Shown: one piece after another, positions 1 through 8,270 of the stretch
Layout of the letters: each line of letters opens with the position of its first letter
How positions within the stretch are numbered: position 1 is the first letter of the stretch
Origin: Candidatus Sumerlaeaceae bacterium
GTDB lineage: Bacteria; Sumerlaeota; Sumerlaeia; Sumerlaeales; Sumerlaeaceae
Assembly (NCBI GenBank): GCA_051003195.1
Contig: JBPCLP010000051.1
Coordinates: forward strand, 1 to 36,339
Reading direction: 5' to 3'
Length of the DNA: 36,339 nucleotides
Program-made: the position numbers and the translations under genes
The notes under the pieces: model-generated
Told to the model about the DNA's origin: nothing
The model's input: the letters and a program-made list of their open reading frames with translations, nothing else
The model's database searches: none

Positions 1-46
1 GTAAGGGTTCTTACCACGTTATGCACAATAAGCAACTCGGTGCATA

Positions 47-69
47 CTCTGTGTCTCTGTGCCTCTGTG
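47..69. repeat. Short tandem repeat, CTCTGTG x3 (8-nt period), REP-like
   Basis: ctctgtg at 47-53, 55-61 and 63-69, read directly. Confidence 0.8.
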
Positions 70-149
70 GTAAAATACGTAATGTTTTGCCGAATTTGCT
101 TGTTGCCCAGCCTGGCACGTCGAGCAAGTGCCCTCATCCGGAGTTGCCC

Positions 150-287
150 GCACGCACCAGCGCACGTTCGTCCCAAAATCTTTTTCGACTTTATTGGAGT
201 TAGCCCACCCTAAGGCGACACCAGGGAAGTGAAACGCCCTCCACAACTGGTGTAAAAGTGCCCCCGTAGTAAGCTGAACGTGTTCTT
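150..287 (+). repeat. ~138-bp direct repeat, copy 1 (upstream of the Abi gene)
   Basis: Hand alignment with 1525-1662 gives 124/140 identical columns (12 substitutions, 4 single-base indels). Longest exact block is acgccctccacaactggtgta (234-254 = 1607-1627). Confidence 0.95.
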
Positions 288-454
288 GTATATTCCTGCG
301 CTCGCTATCGGGCGCCTGGCTCTACGATCTGGGGGTCAGTTCCGGTTCCCCGGCGAATCGCAATGGATTCTAGCCCCGACCCACCTGATGAATACAGCGT
401 GCAGGCCCGTATACTTAATTGTGCGCCGGAAAGGATGTCCTCAGACTTCCGCGC

Positions 455-485
455 TTGACATGGACCGGATCGGGCAAGCCAAGTT
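455..485 (+). promoter_or_regulatory. Putative sigma70-type promoter for the ncRNA/Abi unit
   Basis: Perfect TTGACA at 455-460, about 35 nt before the hairpin at 494. The -10 candidate (caagtt, 480-485) is poor and the spacer is long. Confidence 0.35.
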
Positions 486-493
486 TAGGCAGC

Positions 494-553
494 AAACCCG
501 CCAAGCCTCTGGCTCTGCAGCAATGCAGAGTATATGCTCAAATTGGCGGGTGT
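494..553 (+). ncRNA. Putative abiF-type structured RNA (candidate antitoxin/leader)
   Basis: Outer stem acccgccaa (496-504)/ttggcgggt (543-551); inner stem ctctgca (513-519)/tgcagag (524-530) closed by a GCAA (GNRA) tetraloop. Lies immediately 5' of an AbiF-family gene, the known context of the abiF RNA motif. Strand inferred from the GNRA loop and upstream TTGACA. Confidence 0.7.
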
Positions 554-559
554 TCTTTT

Positions 560-1507
560 ATGAGGCCTTTGATTCGATTGAAGTACACCAAGCCGTCTCT
601 GACATGTGAACAGCAGGCCGACCAGCTAATTGCCCGGGGATTGATCGCGGACCGCGCGCAGTTGATTGAGCAGTTATGCTCGGTCAGCTATTATCGACCG
701 AGCGGATACTGGCTACCGTTCAAGCAGGCCGATGAGTCGTTTCTGCCACGCACCACTTTCGAGGAAGTCTGGCGGCGCTATGTTTTCGATCGCAGGCTGC
801 GGCTGTTGGTAATGGATCCAATTGAGCGGGTGGAAGTGGCGCTACGTTCCAGGATCGTGCAACAGATGACTCAGGCTGGTGGACCCTTCGCATATGTCGA
901 TCCAGCCAATTTTGCTCCTTCTGTGTTTAAGGCGCCGCATAGCGGCACGCAACGAACTATCCACGAGCAGCTTCTCGCCCAGGTCGAAGAAGCTTCGAAA
1001 AGAAGCAGCGAAGTTTTCGTCATTCATTATCGTACGAAGTACTCGTCCATGAAGCACCTGCCATTCTGGATGGCAGCAGAAGTGGTAACGTTCGGGTGCG
1101 TCCTCACATGCTATAAGCACCTGAAGCCGCCGATGCAGAAGCAGATTGCTCGCGGGTTCAGGGTACCGGCTCCCGTTTTTCAATCATGGCTTCAAACGAT
1201 CACCTATGTGCGCAATGCGTGTGCGCATCATAGTAGGTTCTGGGACCGCGAGCTTTCTGTGAAACCGTGCATTCCTAATCCCCACACAATCCCGGCGTGG
1301 CATACACCGATCACCATTCCAAACAACCGACCATTTGCCGTACTCAGCGTGCTTCGTTATCTATTACAGCAAATTGCCCCGCAAAGCAAGTGGGACGTTC
1401 GCCTACTGGAACTGCTGTTGGAGTTTGAAGATCTGCCACTCTCTGAAGCTGGCTTTTTTGACGACTGGGAACATTCAGGAATCTGGTCAGGAGTGAGCAT
1501 TCCCTAA
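560..1507 (+). CDS. abiF: Abi family protein (Abi_2/AbiD/AbiF-like HEPN ribonuclease)
   Basis: N-terminal KPSLTCEQQADQLIARGL, SYYR-SGY, Y-FDRRLR and IERVEVALRS; LPFWMAAEVVTFG; HEPN R-x4-H motif RNACAH followed by HSRFWDR. Start moved from 419 to ATG 560 (TTG 578 also possible) because the extension covers the RNA hairpin. Confidence 0.9.
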   Translation: MRPLIRLKYTKPSLTCEQQADQLIARGLIADRAQLIEQLCSVSYYRPSGYWLPFKQADESFLPRTTFEEVWRRYVFDRRLRLLVMDPIERVEVALRSRIVQQMTQAGGPFAYVDPANFAPSVFKAPHSGTQRTIHEQLLAQVEEASKRSSEVFVIHYRTKYSSMKHLPFWMAAEVVTFGCVLTCYKHLKPPMQKQIARGFRVPAPVFQSWLQTITYVRNACAHHSRFWDRELSVKPCIPNPHTIPAWHTPITIPNNRPFAVLSVLRYLLQQIAPQSKWDVRLLELLLEFEDLPLSEAGFFDDWEHSGIWSGVSIP

Positions 1508-1524
1508 GGCAAACTTGGTGTCCG

Positions 1525-1662
1525 GCACGCACAAGCGCACGTTCGCCCAAAATCTTTTCGACTTCATTGGACTTAGCCCACCCTAAGGTGACGCCAGGGA
1601 AGTGACACGCCCTCCACAACTGGTGTATACCTGCCCGCGTTAGTAAAGCTGAACACGTTCTT
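1525..1662 (+). repeat. ~138-bp direct repeat, copy 2 (begins 17 nt after the Abi stop)
   Basis: Aligns with 150-287 in the same orientation, offset 1375 bp. Confidence 0.95.
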
Positions 1663-1670
1663 TGAAAACT
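1657..1670 (+). promoter_or_regulatory. boxA-like antitermination motif GTTCTTTGAAAACT
   Basis: Resembles the rrn-leader boxA form GTTCTTTGAAAA as I recall it; the same 12-mer recurs at 24343-24354. Function is inferred. Confidence 0.35.
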
Positions 1671-1823
1671 ATGCAGCCTGACCGCCGCGACCGACGGCAA
1701 AGGGACTTCTGTGCCCAATTCGCGTGGCATTTTACGTCCATGCGCCTGGCAGAAAAAGCCGCCCATCGCGCAAGGAACCCGGAAATCCACGGCCCCCGCG
1801 TATCCTTACGCGAGGATTACCGC

Positions 1824-1932
1824 TATTCAAGTGGCGAAATTAACACATTTTCGCAACTTGAATATATCTGCAAGCTTTTCAAGCTTCCATACGCAAACTT
1901 GAATACCAACTTGAAAAACTTGAAAACTTGAA
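1824..1932. repeat. AT-rich cluster of CTTGAA-core motifs
   Basis: aacttgaa at 1855, 1896, 1908, 1917 and 1925; inverted copies tattcaagt (1824-1832) and ttttcaag (1876-1883). Confidence 0.8.
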
Positions 1933-2028
1933 AAGCCTTCACTGCGGTCGCCCGCGCTGAATGGCTGAAGCCGCCGCCCGCGGCATTGCAGGTTGACGGA
2001 CGGTTCGGCGCCGCGTTGGAGGTGGAAC

Positions 2029-2553
2029 ATGAGAGTTGAACGGAAGGACCTGCGCGAGGCGCCCCTGGACGTGGAGGTGAACTGTTCACCGGCTTCGCTG
2101 GAGCTCGAGGATCCGGATTACCGGTTCGAAGAGCCGGTCCAGGGACAGGTAAACTTTAAGTCGGTTGGTGACCAGGTCATTGCAAAGGGTCAGATTCACA
2201 CCCACACCATCAGCCAGTGCGTTCGTTGCCTGTCAGAAATTCGCGTGCCGGTTAGCGCGCGGGTGGAAGCGCTTTACGAAAACGACCCCGAACTGTTGAA
2301 ACCCGAACGCATGGCGTTTGGAAGCGACGAGCAGATTATCACCTATTATGACGGCGAAGCAATCCATCCCGAGCCGGAGCTGAGGGAAAGCCTGATGCTG
2401 GAGCTGCCAACCCGGCCGTTGTGCAGCGAAAACTGCAAAGGCCTGTGTCCAAATTGCGGGGCAAACCTGAATGACGGGCCCTGTGGATGCGGCGATAAGT
2501 CGAAGGGTGGCAGTCCATGGAAAGCCGCGATTAAGAACTTAAAACTGGAGTAA
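2029..2553 (+). CDS. yceD: DUF177/YceD family metal-binding protein
   Basis: CVRCL motif, LRESLMLELP, LCSENCKGLCPNCGANLNDGPCGC and PWKAAIKNLK end; GGAGG Shine-Dalgarno before ATG 2029. Confidence 0.92.
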   Translation: MRVERKDLREAPLDVEVNCSPASLELEDPDYRFEEPVQGQVNFKSVGDQVIAKGQIHTHTISQCVRCLSEIRVPVSARVEALYENDPELLKPERMAFGSDEQIITYYDGEAIHPEPELRESLMLELPTRPLCSENCKGLCPNCGANLNDGPCGCGDKSKGGSPWKAAIKNLKLE

Positions 2554-2668
2554 GGCTGAACCGTCATTCAGCGGTGCTGCCTGACAGCTGTGTTCGATTG
2601 GCATATAAATCCGCGTAAGCTGTTATAGGTACGACTCTTAAGTCCGCTTTATCCTGGAAAAGAGCACG

Positions 2669-3163
2669 ATGAGTTTCAGTCCCGATGTCATGAAAACCGC
2701 GGTGGAATTGAGCGAAGTGATTCGCCTGCAGAATCAAGCACTGGAGAAAGTGCGCGAGTTCCGCGATGCCCGCCCCTATGCGATTGCCCCGAACCTCTTA
2801 CGAATGATTGAGGAGAACCTGAAAGAAAACATCCAGATGCTCTACAAGGAGCTGAACCAGGTAAACACTCCGGCGGCCGAGCGCAAACGCCATGTATGCC
2901 GGCAGTGCCACCATGTATTCGCCAGCTCCTTGCCAGGCGGCCTGTGTGACGAGTGCAGAAGCAAGCCGGCCGGCCAGCCAGCCGCTTACGGAGTATGGCC
3001 GGTAACCCCTGAAAGCGAGTCCATTACCGTAAGTGACGTGACACCCTACTCGATCGAAGACAAACTGAAGATTGAACCAGGCGCTTCATCTGCTGAGTTT
3101 GATGCAGAAGATGGACCTCAAGTGGCGGTGGAAAAAATCGTCGATGAAAATGAGACCCGCTGA
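2669..3163 (+). CDS. Hypothetical protein: helical N-terminus, CxxC-x12-CxxC zinc ribbon, acidic tail
   Basis: 164-aa ORF with CRQC...CDEC, protein-like composition and no strong competing ORF. Confidence 0.75.
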   Translation: MSFSPDVMKTAVELSEVIRLQNQALEKVREFRDARPYAIAPNLLRMIEENLKENIQMLYKELNQVNTPAAERKRHVCRQCHHVFASSLPGGLCDECRSKPAGQPAAYGVWPVTPESESITVSDVTPYSIEDKLKIEPGASSAEFDAEDGPQVAVEKIVDENETR

Positions 3164-3441
3164 GCGAGCAAACCATTCATCCCCCGCACTCCGCCCTTCC
3201 ATGCCGCGGGCACTTCGTCTTCCCGTAACGCGAAATGTTGCAGCCTTTACGGAAATTGGTGAATTCTCTCCTTGAATTCGTTATATACTGGCTCCCAGCC
3301 AAACGCACAACTTTCTTGATGAGGATGTTCTTTTGCAGCGCTGGCTCAGTCATTCTAACTCATTGCAGTACCCCGTACTTCTCCCTTCGCTGCCTTCATC
3401 TGGAAAGTTGGACAAAAATTAACTCCTGAAGGGGTACTAGC

Positions 3442-4068
3442 ATGATTTTGTTCAACACTTACGGACGCCATGCGCTGTCCGCAGCTTTCACGGTGTTTGT
3501 AGTCACCGCCGCCAATCTGGCTTCTGCAGCGTCCTCATACTCAGAGACGTATGAGGATAGAGTAGTGAACTGCACCGAGCTCCAGACCGGTAAGTTCACA
3601 CTCAAGATGGTCGAGGCCTTTTCCGGCGACACCAGCAGTTTTGATCCGTTCACCACGGTGACCATCCAGGTAGGCGACGTCAGTTTTTCGGCCCTGCTGG
3701 GAACGGATTGTAAGTTCCGGCAAGGTGCTACCAAGGCGCGCTTGCAGCAGATAGTGAGCCTGCCCAGCGGCGGTGGTGCGTTGGCCCTCGATGTTCAGCT
3801 TTCCTGGGCCGGCGGCGTCTTGACAGCCACGGTTCGCGGATTCCCGCCAATCTCGGGCTCACCGATCGGTGATGACCTTTACAACAGTGCTACGATTGGG
3901 GCGGTCAGTGGAACTGTGGTTTCATCGGTACAGTTTATCAGCCCCACCGCGAACATCACTGTTTCCAGCACCACCCCGGTTGCCGGTACTGCTACTGAAA
4001 AGCTCAAGGGTGCCTGCAGCACGCAGTTCAACCTGCGCCGCGTAAAGGTGGCTGGTTCAGCCCAGTAG
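3442..4068 (+). CDS. Hypothetical secreted beta-rich protein
   Basis: Signal-peptide-like N-terminus (ALSAAFTVFVVTAANLASA), S/T/G/V-rich body, gaagggg SD, followed by a terminator. Confidence 0.8.
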   Translation: MILFNTYGRHALSAAFTVFVVTAANLASAASSYSETYEDRVVNCTELQTGKFTLKMVEAFSGDTSSFDPFTTVTIQVGDVSFSALLGTDCKFRQGATKARLQQIVSLPSGGGALALDVQLSWAGGVLTATVRGFPPISGSPIGDDLYNSATIGAVSGTVVSSVQFISPTANITVSSTTPVAGTATEKLKGACSTQFNLRRVKVAGSAQ

Positions 4069-4093
4069 CTTTCAACACAGCCCACAAATTGTG

Positions 4094-4132
4094 ACACGCC
4101 ATGTACGAAATCGTACATGGCGTGTTTGTTTT
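4094..4132 (+). terminator. Intrinsic terminator between convergent genes
   Basis: Perfect 14-bp stem acacgccatgtacg (4094-4107)/cgtacatggcgtgt (4112-4125) followed by ttgtttt. Confidence 0.85.
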
Positions 4133-5543
4133 AGCGTTCAGGCTTGTTTGAGCAGTGCCAGACGCCGCGCTGTACGAGTAGCGGCAGGGCGTAAACGCTG
4201 GCAATTGCCGGAAGCGCAGGAAATAGAAACCGGCCATAGGTAATTGTGAGAAGCGATGGCACAAACACAAGGTAACCGGAACTGATCAGTAACGCGCACA
4301 GGAAGTTATCGCCGAGGATGCGGCGCCGGTAGCGCAGCAGTATGAAGAGCGGCAAACCCAGAAGCAGAACGGGCTGTAGCACGCGCAATAGCAACTGGGC
4401 AATAATCATGGCGGTGCGGTGTTTTTCCCAGCTTTGCGCAAAGGTTTCGGTGGTCAGCCCGGGATTGCCCGCGCACCGTGCAATCAGGCTGAGCCCCTCT
4501 GTCGCGGAACAGAAGGTTCGCGTCAGGTTAAGACCAACTGTCTTTACGTAGTCCATTGGATCCAGGCGAACCGCAGCCCACGCGACGTTGCCTGCAAGGC
4601 GGCTGGCGGTGAATTCATCGTACTTCAGATCGCGTCGAAGCAGTTCCAGGGCCCAGTACACGTCTTTATCGTCGTGCACGTAGCGTACAAATTGTTGCTG
4701 GTCGGACGCGAGTTGCGCAATCTGGTCGGGTGTAAATTGTTTGATGACGTGATGCCGGTTCAGCGCGAACGTTGGATCGTTTAATGACGTCAGTGCAAAG
4801 TTGCCGGTTAGATTTTGAACGCGCAGCATCCACAGCAGGGGCAGCATCATGGCGACCGTTAACATGGCGGCGAGATTCCGCAAACGCGCCTTTCTGGCCA
4901 TGGGAAAGTCTCTGGAATGGAACAGGGCTAATGTCGCGCATACCAGAACAGGGACCCAAAGGCCAACCGGCCGGATAAGCGTAGCGGCGCCGAGCACCGA
5001 GCCTGCAACGATCGCAGACCACATAGCGGTGCGCGCACAGAGCAGGCCTATGGCCGCCACGGTGACGACGGTGTATACGGTTTCCGACAGGACCATCGAT
5101 GTTGTGACCAGTGCCGCCGGCAGCAACAGCGCGATGCACTTACCAAGCACTGCGAATGATCGCGCTGCGCGTGTTCCGGGCGCGCCGCACGATGGCAGAA
5201 TAAATGCGATCAGCCAGGCCCATAACAACCGCTGGATCCAGATTACGCCCGGTAGACCCTTTGCTCCGAGGCTTCCCATGAAAGGCACCAGAAACATCGG
5301 ATACCCGGGCGTGCGCACAAAACTGCGCAACACCGTCCCGTGTTCGTCCTGTGAGATGAATTCACCGCACGCCAGGAATCCGCGGGCGAGATTTACATAG
5401 GAGTGCGAATCGATGTCAATGTGCGGTAGCCGGATGAAATCGAGCACACCGCATATCGCTAAATAGACGAACGCCAAAAAAAGTTCAATGCGACGACGCG
5501 CGAGTGCACCCGCAATCGAGCGAGCGCGACGCAAGTTGCTCAA
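4131..5543 (-). CDS. Polytopic membrane protein, ArnT/PMT-like (GT-C) glycosyltransferase
   Basis: Many TM segments; DSHSY-x2-LA after TM1, RTPGYP, LSET, LIRP and C-terminal RFLFP. Start uncertain. Confidence 0.7.
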   Translation of the reverse strand: MSNLRRARSIAGALARRRIELFLAFVYLAICGVLDFIRLPHIDIDSHSYVNLARGFLACGEFISQDEHGTVLRSFVRTPGYPMFLVPFMGSLGAKGLPGVIWIQRLLWAWLIAFILPSCGAPGTRAARSFAVLGKCIALLLPAALVTTSMVLSETVYTVVTVAAIGLLCARTAMWSAIVAGSVLGAATLIRPVGLWVPVLVCATLALFHSRDFPMARKARLRNLAAMLTVAMMLPLLWMLRVQNLTGNFALTSLNDPTFALNRHHVIKQFTPDQIAQLASDQQQFVRYVHDDKDVYWALELLRRDLKYDEFTASRLAGNVAWAAVRLDPMDYVKTVGLNLTRTFCSATEGLSLIARCAGNPGLTTETFAQSWEKHRTAMIIAQLLLRVLQPVLLLGLPLFILLRYRRRILGDNFLCALLISSGYLVFVPSLLTITYGRFLFPALPAIASVYALPLLVQRGVWHCSNKPER

Positions 5544-5626
5544 ACGGGCTTCGCTGGATGCAGGCGGATCATCCCGCTTGTTGTAAAGCAGCGACTCGCA
5601 CTTCCAAGTCTATTTAGCGGTGACGT

Positions 5627-6031
5627 TTACCGGCTGGTAGCGGGTGATTTCCTGGAGGCACTCTTCCTGGAAACCTTTGGTTCAGCACGGCTGGTTGGTC
5701 CGCTGGTCGCAGTGGCGATGCGCAACTTGCCACGCGACGTGCGCTGCCCGGTTCCTGCGCCGCGCCCAAATCCGACCGTCTGCGCTGAGGATGCATCCAC
5801 CTTGTTGCGCCCGGTTCGCGATTCCCTTGAGACACATCGCGTACCGGCGGCGCTCTCCTCTTCCTGGGAGCCGGAGGCGGATTTCACCTTCCTTGCTCCC
5901 GTCATGACAGCGCTCGGCTTCTTCCATATCAGGCCAAGCTTCTCAGCTTCGTTAATTTCAATTTTGTCGACGCCCTGGCGCACGATCATCGCTTCGCGTT
6001 TTTTGGTTGTGGCTTTTTTGGCGGTTAGCAT
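5627..6031 (-). CDS. Hypothetical basic K/R/S-rich protein
   Basis: ATG 6031 with GGAG SD; fills the gap between two minus-strand genes; no family recognised. Confidence 0.45.
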   Translation of the reverse strand: MLTAKKATTKKREAMIVRQGVDKIEINEAEKLGLIWKKPSAVMTGARKVKSASGSQEEESAAGTRCVSRESRTGRNKVDASSAQTVGFGRGAGTGQRTSRGKLRIATATSGPTSRAEPKVSRKSASRKSPATSR

Positions 6032-6111
6032 TGCTGGCTCCCGAGGTTTCGTTACCCTTGAGAATAGCGACAATTGTTCCCGTAAGAGCGAGAACCCTGT
6101 CGATCCGGAAG

Positions 6112-7008
6112 CTATGCGTTACCAGCATCCCTGGCGAGCTGCACAAGAGGTTCGAAATCTTTGGGTACCCCACTCATGAGTGGGGTCCGGACATGCGCCG
6201 GAAAACCGAATATCAGGCGGCTGAGAACAGCCTTTACGAGCGCGATCTCATGAACGCCCGCGGATTTTCGCGCAATGGTCCATTCGTCCAGCCGCTTCTG
6301 CGCAGATTCCGCGCCGTTTTGATCGCCGGCCACAAACCGGCTGTGGACCAGTGTCATAAGTTGCGGCACTGGACTCGCGCCGCCTGTCACCGAGCCATCC
6401 AACCCTTCTTTCAAAACACGCAGTGCAGCACCATCTGAGCCGACGATGACTTGCAGCCGAGGTTGAGCCTGTTTGTACGCAACAGCCTGGTCCCACTTGC
6501 CGCCGGAATCCTTGATGCCCCGCAACATCGGCAGATCGCCTTGCAGCCGCTGAAGCAAGGCGGGCTTTATGTTGAACTGGGTGTGCCGCGGGAAATTGTA
6601 CAGGTAAACCGGCAGTGGACAATCGCCGGCGATACGCATGAAGAACTCGCGCACGCCTTCCTGCGTCACATCGGCAAAGTAGTACGGCGGCAGTAGCAGC
6701 ACCGCATCGGAAAAATCACGGGCATGCGCAATCATCTCCCTGGTTTCTGAGACCGAACAACTGCTGGCATGCGCAATCACTTCTCCCGAAAACGCCGCGC
6801 GCGCCGTCTCGATAACGGCTCGGCGCTCTGCAAGTGTCAGCGATGGAAATTCGCCCGTGGTACCGCAGACGACCACCCGTGTAACGCCGTTCGAGTGCAG
6901 CCACAGGAGATAGTCGCGCAATGCGCCGTGGTCAACGTCGTCGCCGGAATTGAACGGTGTGACGACTGCGAAAATGGGAGCACTCGAGCTGGTCTGGCCT
7001 GGGGACAT
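6112..7008 (-). CDS. Dihydrodipicolinate synthase/N-acetylneuraminate lyase family aldolase
   Basis: VTPF, GTTGEF, PPYY, YNFP and IKDS (Schiff-base Lys). Start trimmed to avoid overlap with the divergent gene (7038 is an alternative). Confidence 0.9.
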   Translation of the reverse strand: MSPGQTSSSAPIFAVVTPFNSGDDVDHGALRDYLLWLHSNGVTRVVVCGTTGEFPSLTLAERRAVIETARAAFSGEVIAHASSCSVSETREMIAHARDFSDAVLLLPPYYFADVTQEGVREFFMRIAGDCPLPVYLYNFPRHTQFNIKPALLQRLQGDLPMLRGIKDSGGKWDQAVAYKQAQPRLQVIVGSDGAALRVLKEGLDGSVTGGASPVPQLMTLVHSRFVAGDQNGAESAQKRLDEWTIARKSAGVHEIALVKAVLSRLIFGFPAHVRTPLMSGVPKDFEPLVQLARDAGNA

Positions 7009-7109
7009 AGACGGAATAGCCTGCGCGGGAAGTGCCATGTAAATGGAAGTCTGCGTTACTGGCACGGCAATCGTTCTCTTTTCGTGGAAATTGCAAAGGA
7101 GCAACATGG

Positions 7110-8270
7110 GTGGGATCTTTTTTGCATAGCATCCTGCTGGTGCTGGCACTTGTTCTGACATCTACCGGGCGTGCAGGGCCTCCGACAGGACAAAGCTTGC
7201 CACCGTCGCCGCACACTGCCTTGCCGCCGAGTACGGGCTTCCGGGTAGACACCGTCACTTCGGGATTAGAGGTGCCGTGGAATATCGTTTTCGCGCCCGA
7301 TGGGCGCATGTTCATAACCGAGCGGCCGGGCAGGTTACGTATCGTGGAGAACGGAGTACTTAACCCGCGCCCGGTGCAGGGAATAGTTGGATCCATTTCC
7401 GAGGGGGAAATCGGATTGATGTCGATTGCGCTGCATCCCGATTTTGCCGCGAATCGTCTGCTCTATTTATCGCATGGATACCAGACACCCGACAAGTCGC
7501 TTTTTGTCCGCGTGTCACGGTATCGCGAACTCAACGGCACGTTGAGCGACCACCAGGTGATACTGGAAGGGGTGCCGGCGAAGCACCTTCATGCCGGATG
7601 CAAGCTGCTGTTCGGCGTCGACCGGATGCTGTATGTCACAACGGGTGAAGGCGGCACTTCGACCAGCGCGCAAAACCGGGAAAGCCTTCTTGGGAAAGTG
7701 CTGCGACTGGATGGGGACGGCAAGGTTCCTCCCGATAATCCATTTTTGAAGCAGGCCGGTGCGCGACCGGAGATTTTTTCGTACGGACACCGCAACGGAC
7801 AGGGACTTGCACTGCAGCCAGGCACGAACCTGCTATTCGAGGCAGAACATGGTCCGTCCGATTGGGATGCGCCCGGAGGCGGCGACGAGGTAAATGTTTT
7901 AAGGGCGGGCGCAAATTATGGCTGGAACACGATTCATCACCGCCAGACGCGCGATGGCATGGAAGCCCCCGTGCTCGAATGGACGCCCGCAACCGCGCCC
8001 GGCGGTATCACGTTCTGTGATGGATCCATGTTTCCGGAGTGGAAAGGGGACTTGTTCACGGCGTGCCTGACCGGGGAATGCCTGATTCGGACGAGACTCA
8101 ATGGAACAAGCGAGGCAGGTGAAGAACGACTGCTCGATCACCAGTTCGGACGCCTTCGAGATGTGGCACAGGGGCCCGATGGCGCGCTTTATATTGCCAC
8201 GAGCAACGCAGATGGCGCCGGCGACAAACGCCCGGACGGCGACTGCATTCTGCGGCTCGTGCGCAAGTAG
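7110..8270 (+). CDS. PQQ-dependent soluble sugar dehydrogenase (GSDH/YliI-like), exported
   Basis: GLEVPW, FITERPGRL, EIFSYGHRNGQGLA, EHGP, GGDEVN, GANYGW and GRLRDVAQGPDG; GTG 7110 with AAGGAG SD and a signal peptide. Confidence 0.92.
   Translation: MGSFLHSILLVLALVLTSTGRAGPPTGQSLPPSPHTALPPSTGFRVDTVTSGLEVPWNIVFAPDGRMFITERPGRLRIVENGVLNPRPVQGIVGSISEGEIGLMSIALHPDFAANRLLYLSHGYQTPDKSLFVRVSRYRELNGTLSDHQVILEGVPAKHLHAGCKLLFGVDRMLYVTTGEGGTSTSAQNRESLLGKVLRLDGDGKVPPDNPFLKQAGARPEIFSYGHRNGQGLALQPGTNLLFEAEHGPSDWDAPGGGDEVNVLRAGANYGWNTIHHRQTRDGMEAPVLEWTPATAPGGITFCDGSMFPEWKGDLFTACLTGECLIRTRLNGTSEAGEERLLDHQFGRLRDVAQGPDGALYIATSNADGAGDKRPDGDCILRLVRK

Noticed and set aside
19..246. Minus-strand ORFs 19..246 and 1344..1790 sharing WRAxHFPGVxLGWA
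   Set aside because: The shared peptide is just the translated DNA repeat; indels between the copies break the frame.
385..445. Hammerhead-like CTGATGA ... GAAA ... TC
   Set aside because: Stems I and II cannot be formed around the core.
419..559. N-terminal extension of the Abi ORF from GTG 419
   Set aside because: It covers the putative promoter and RNA hairpin; family-like sequence starts only at KYTKP (~581).
1506..1545. c-di-GMP-I riboswitch-like start (aaggcaaac...cacgcacaagc)
   Set aside because: No GNRA-capped P2 stem or tetraloop receptor, and it overlaps the Abi stop codon.
150..1662. Direct repeats as a CRISPR array or integron attC sites
   Set aside because: Only two clear copies of 138 bp, 1.4 kb apart, with no cas or intI gene and no conserved RYYYAAC/GTTRRRY ends (gttagcc in copy 1 is cttagcc in copy 2).
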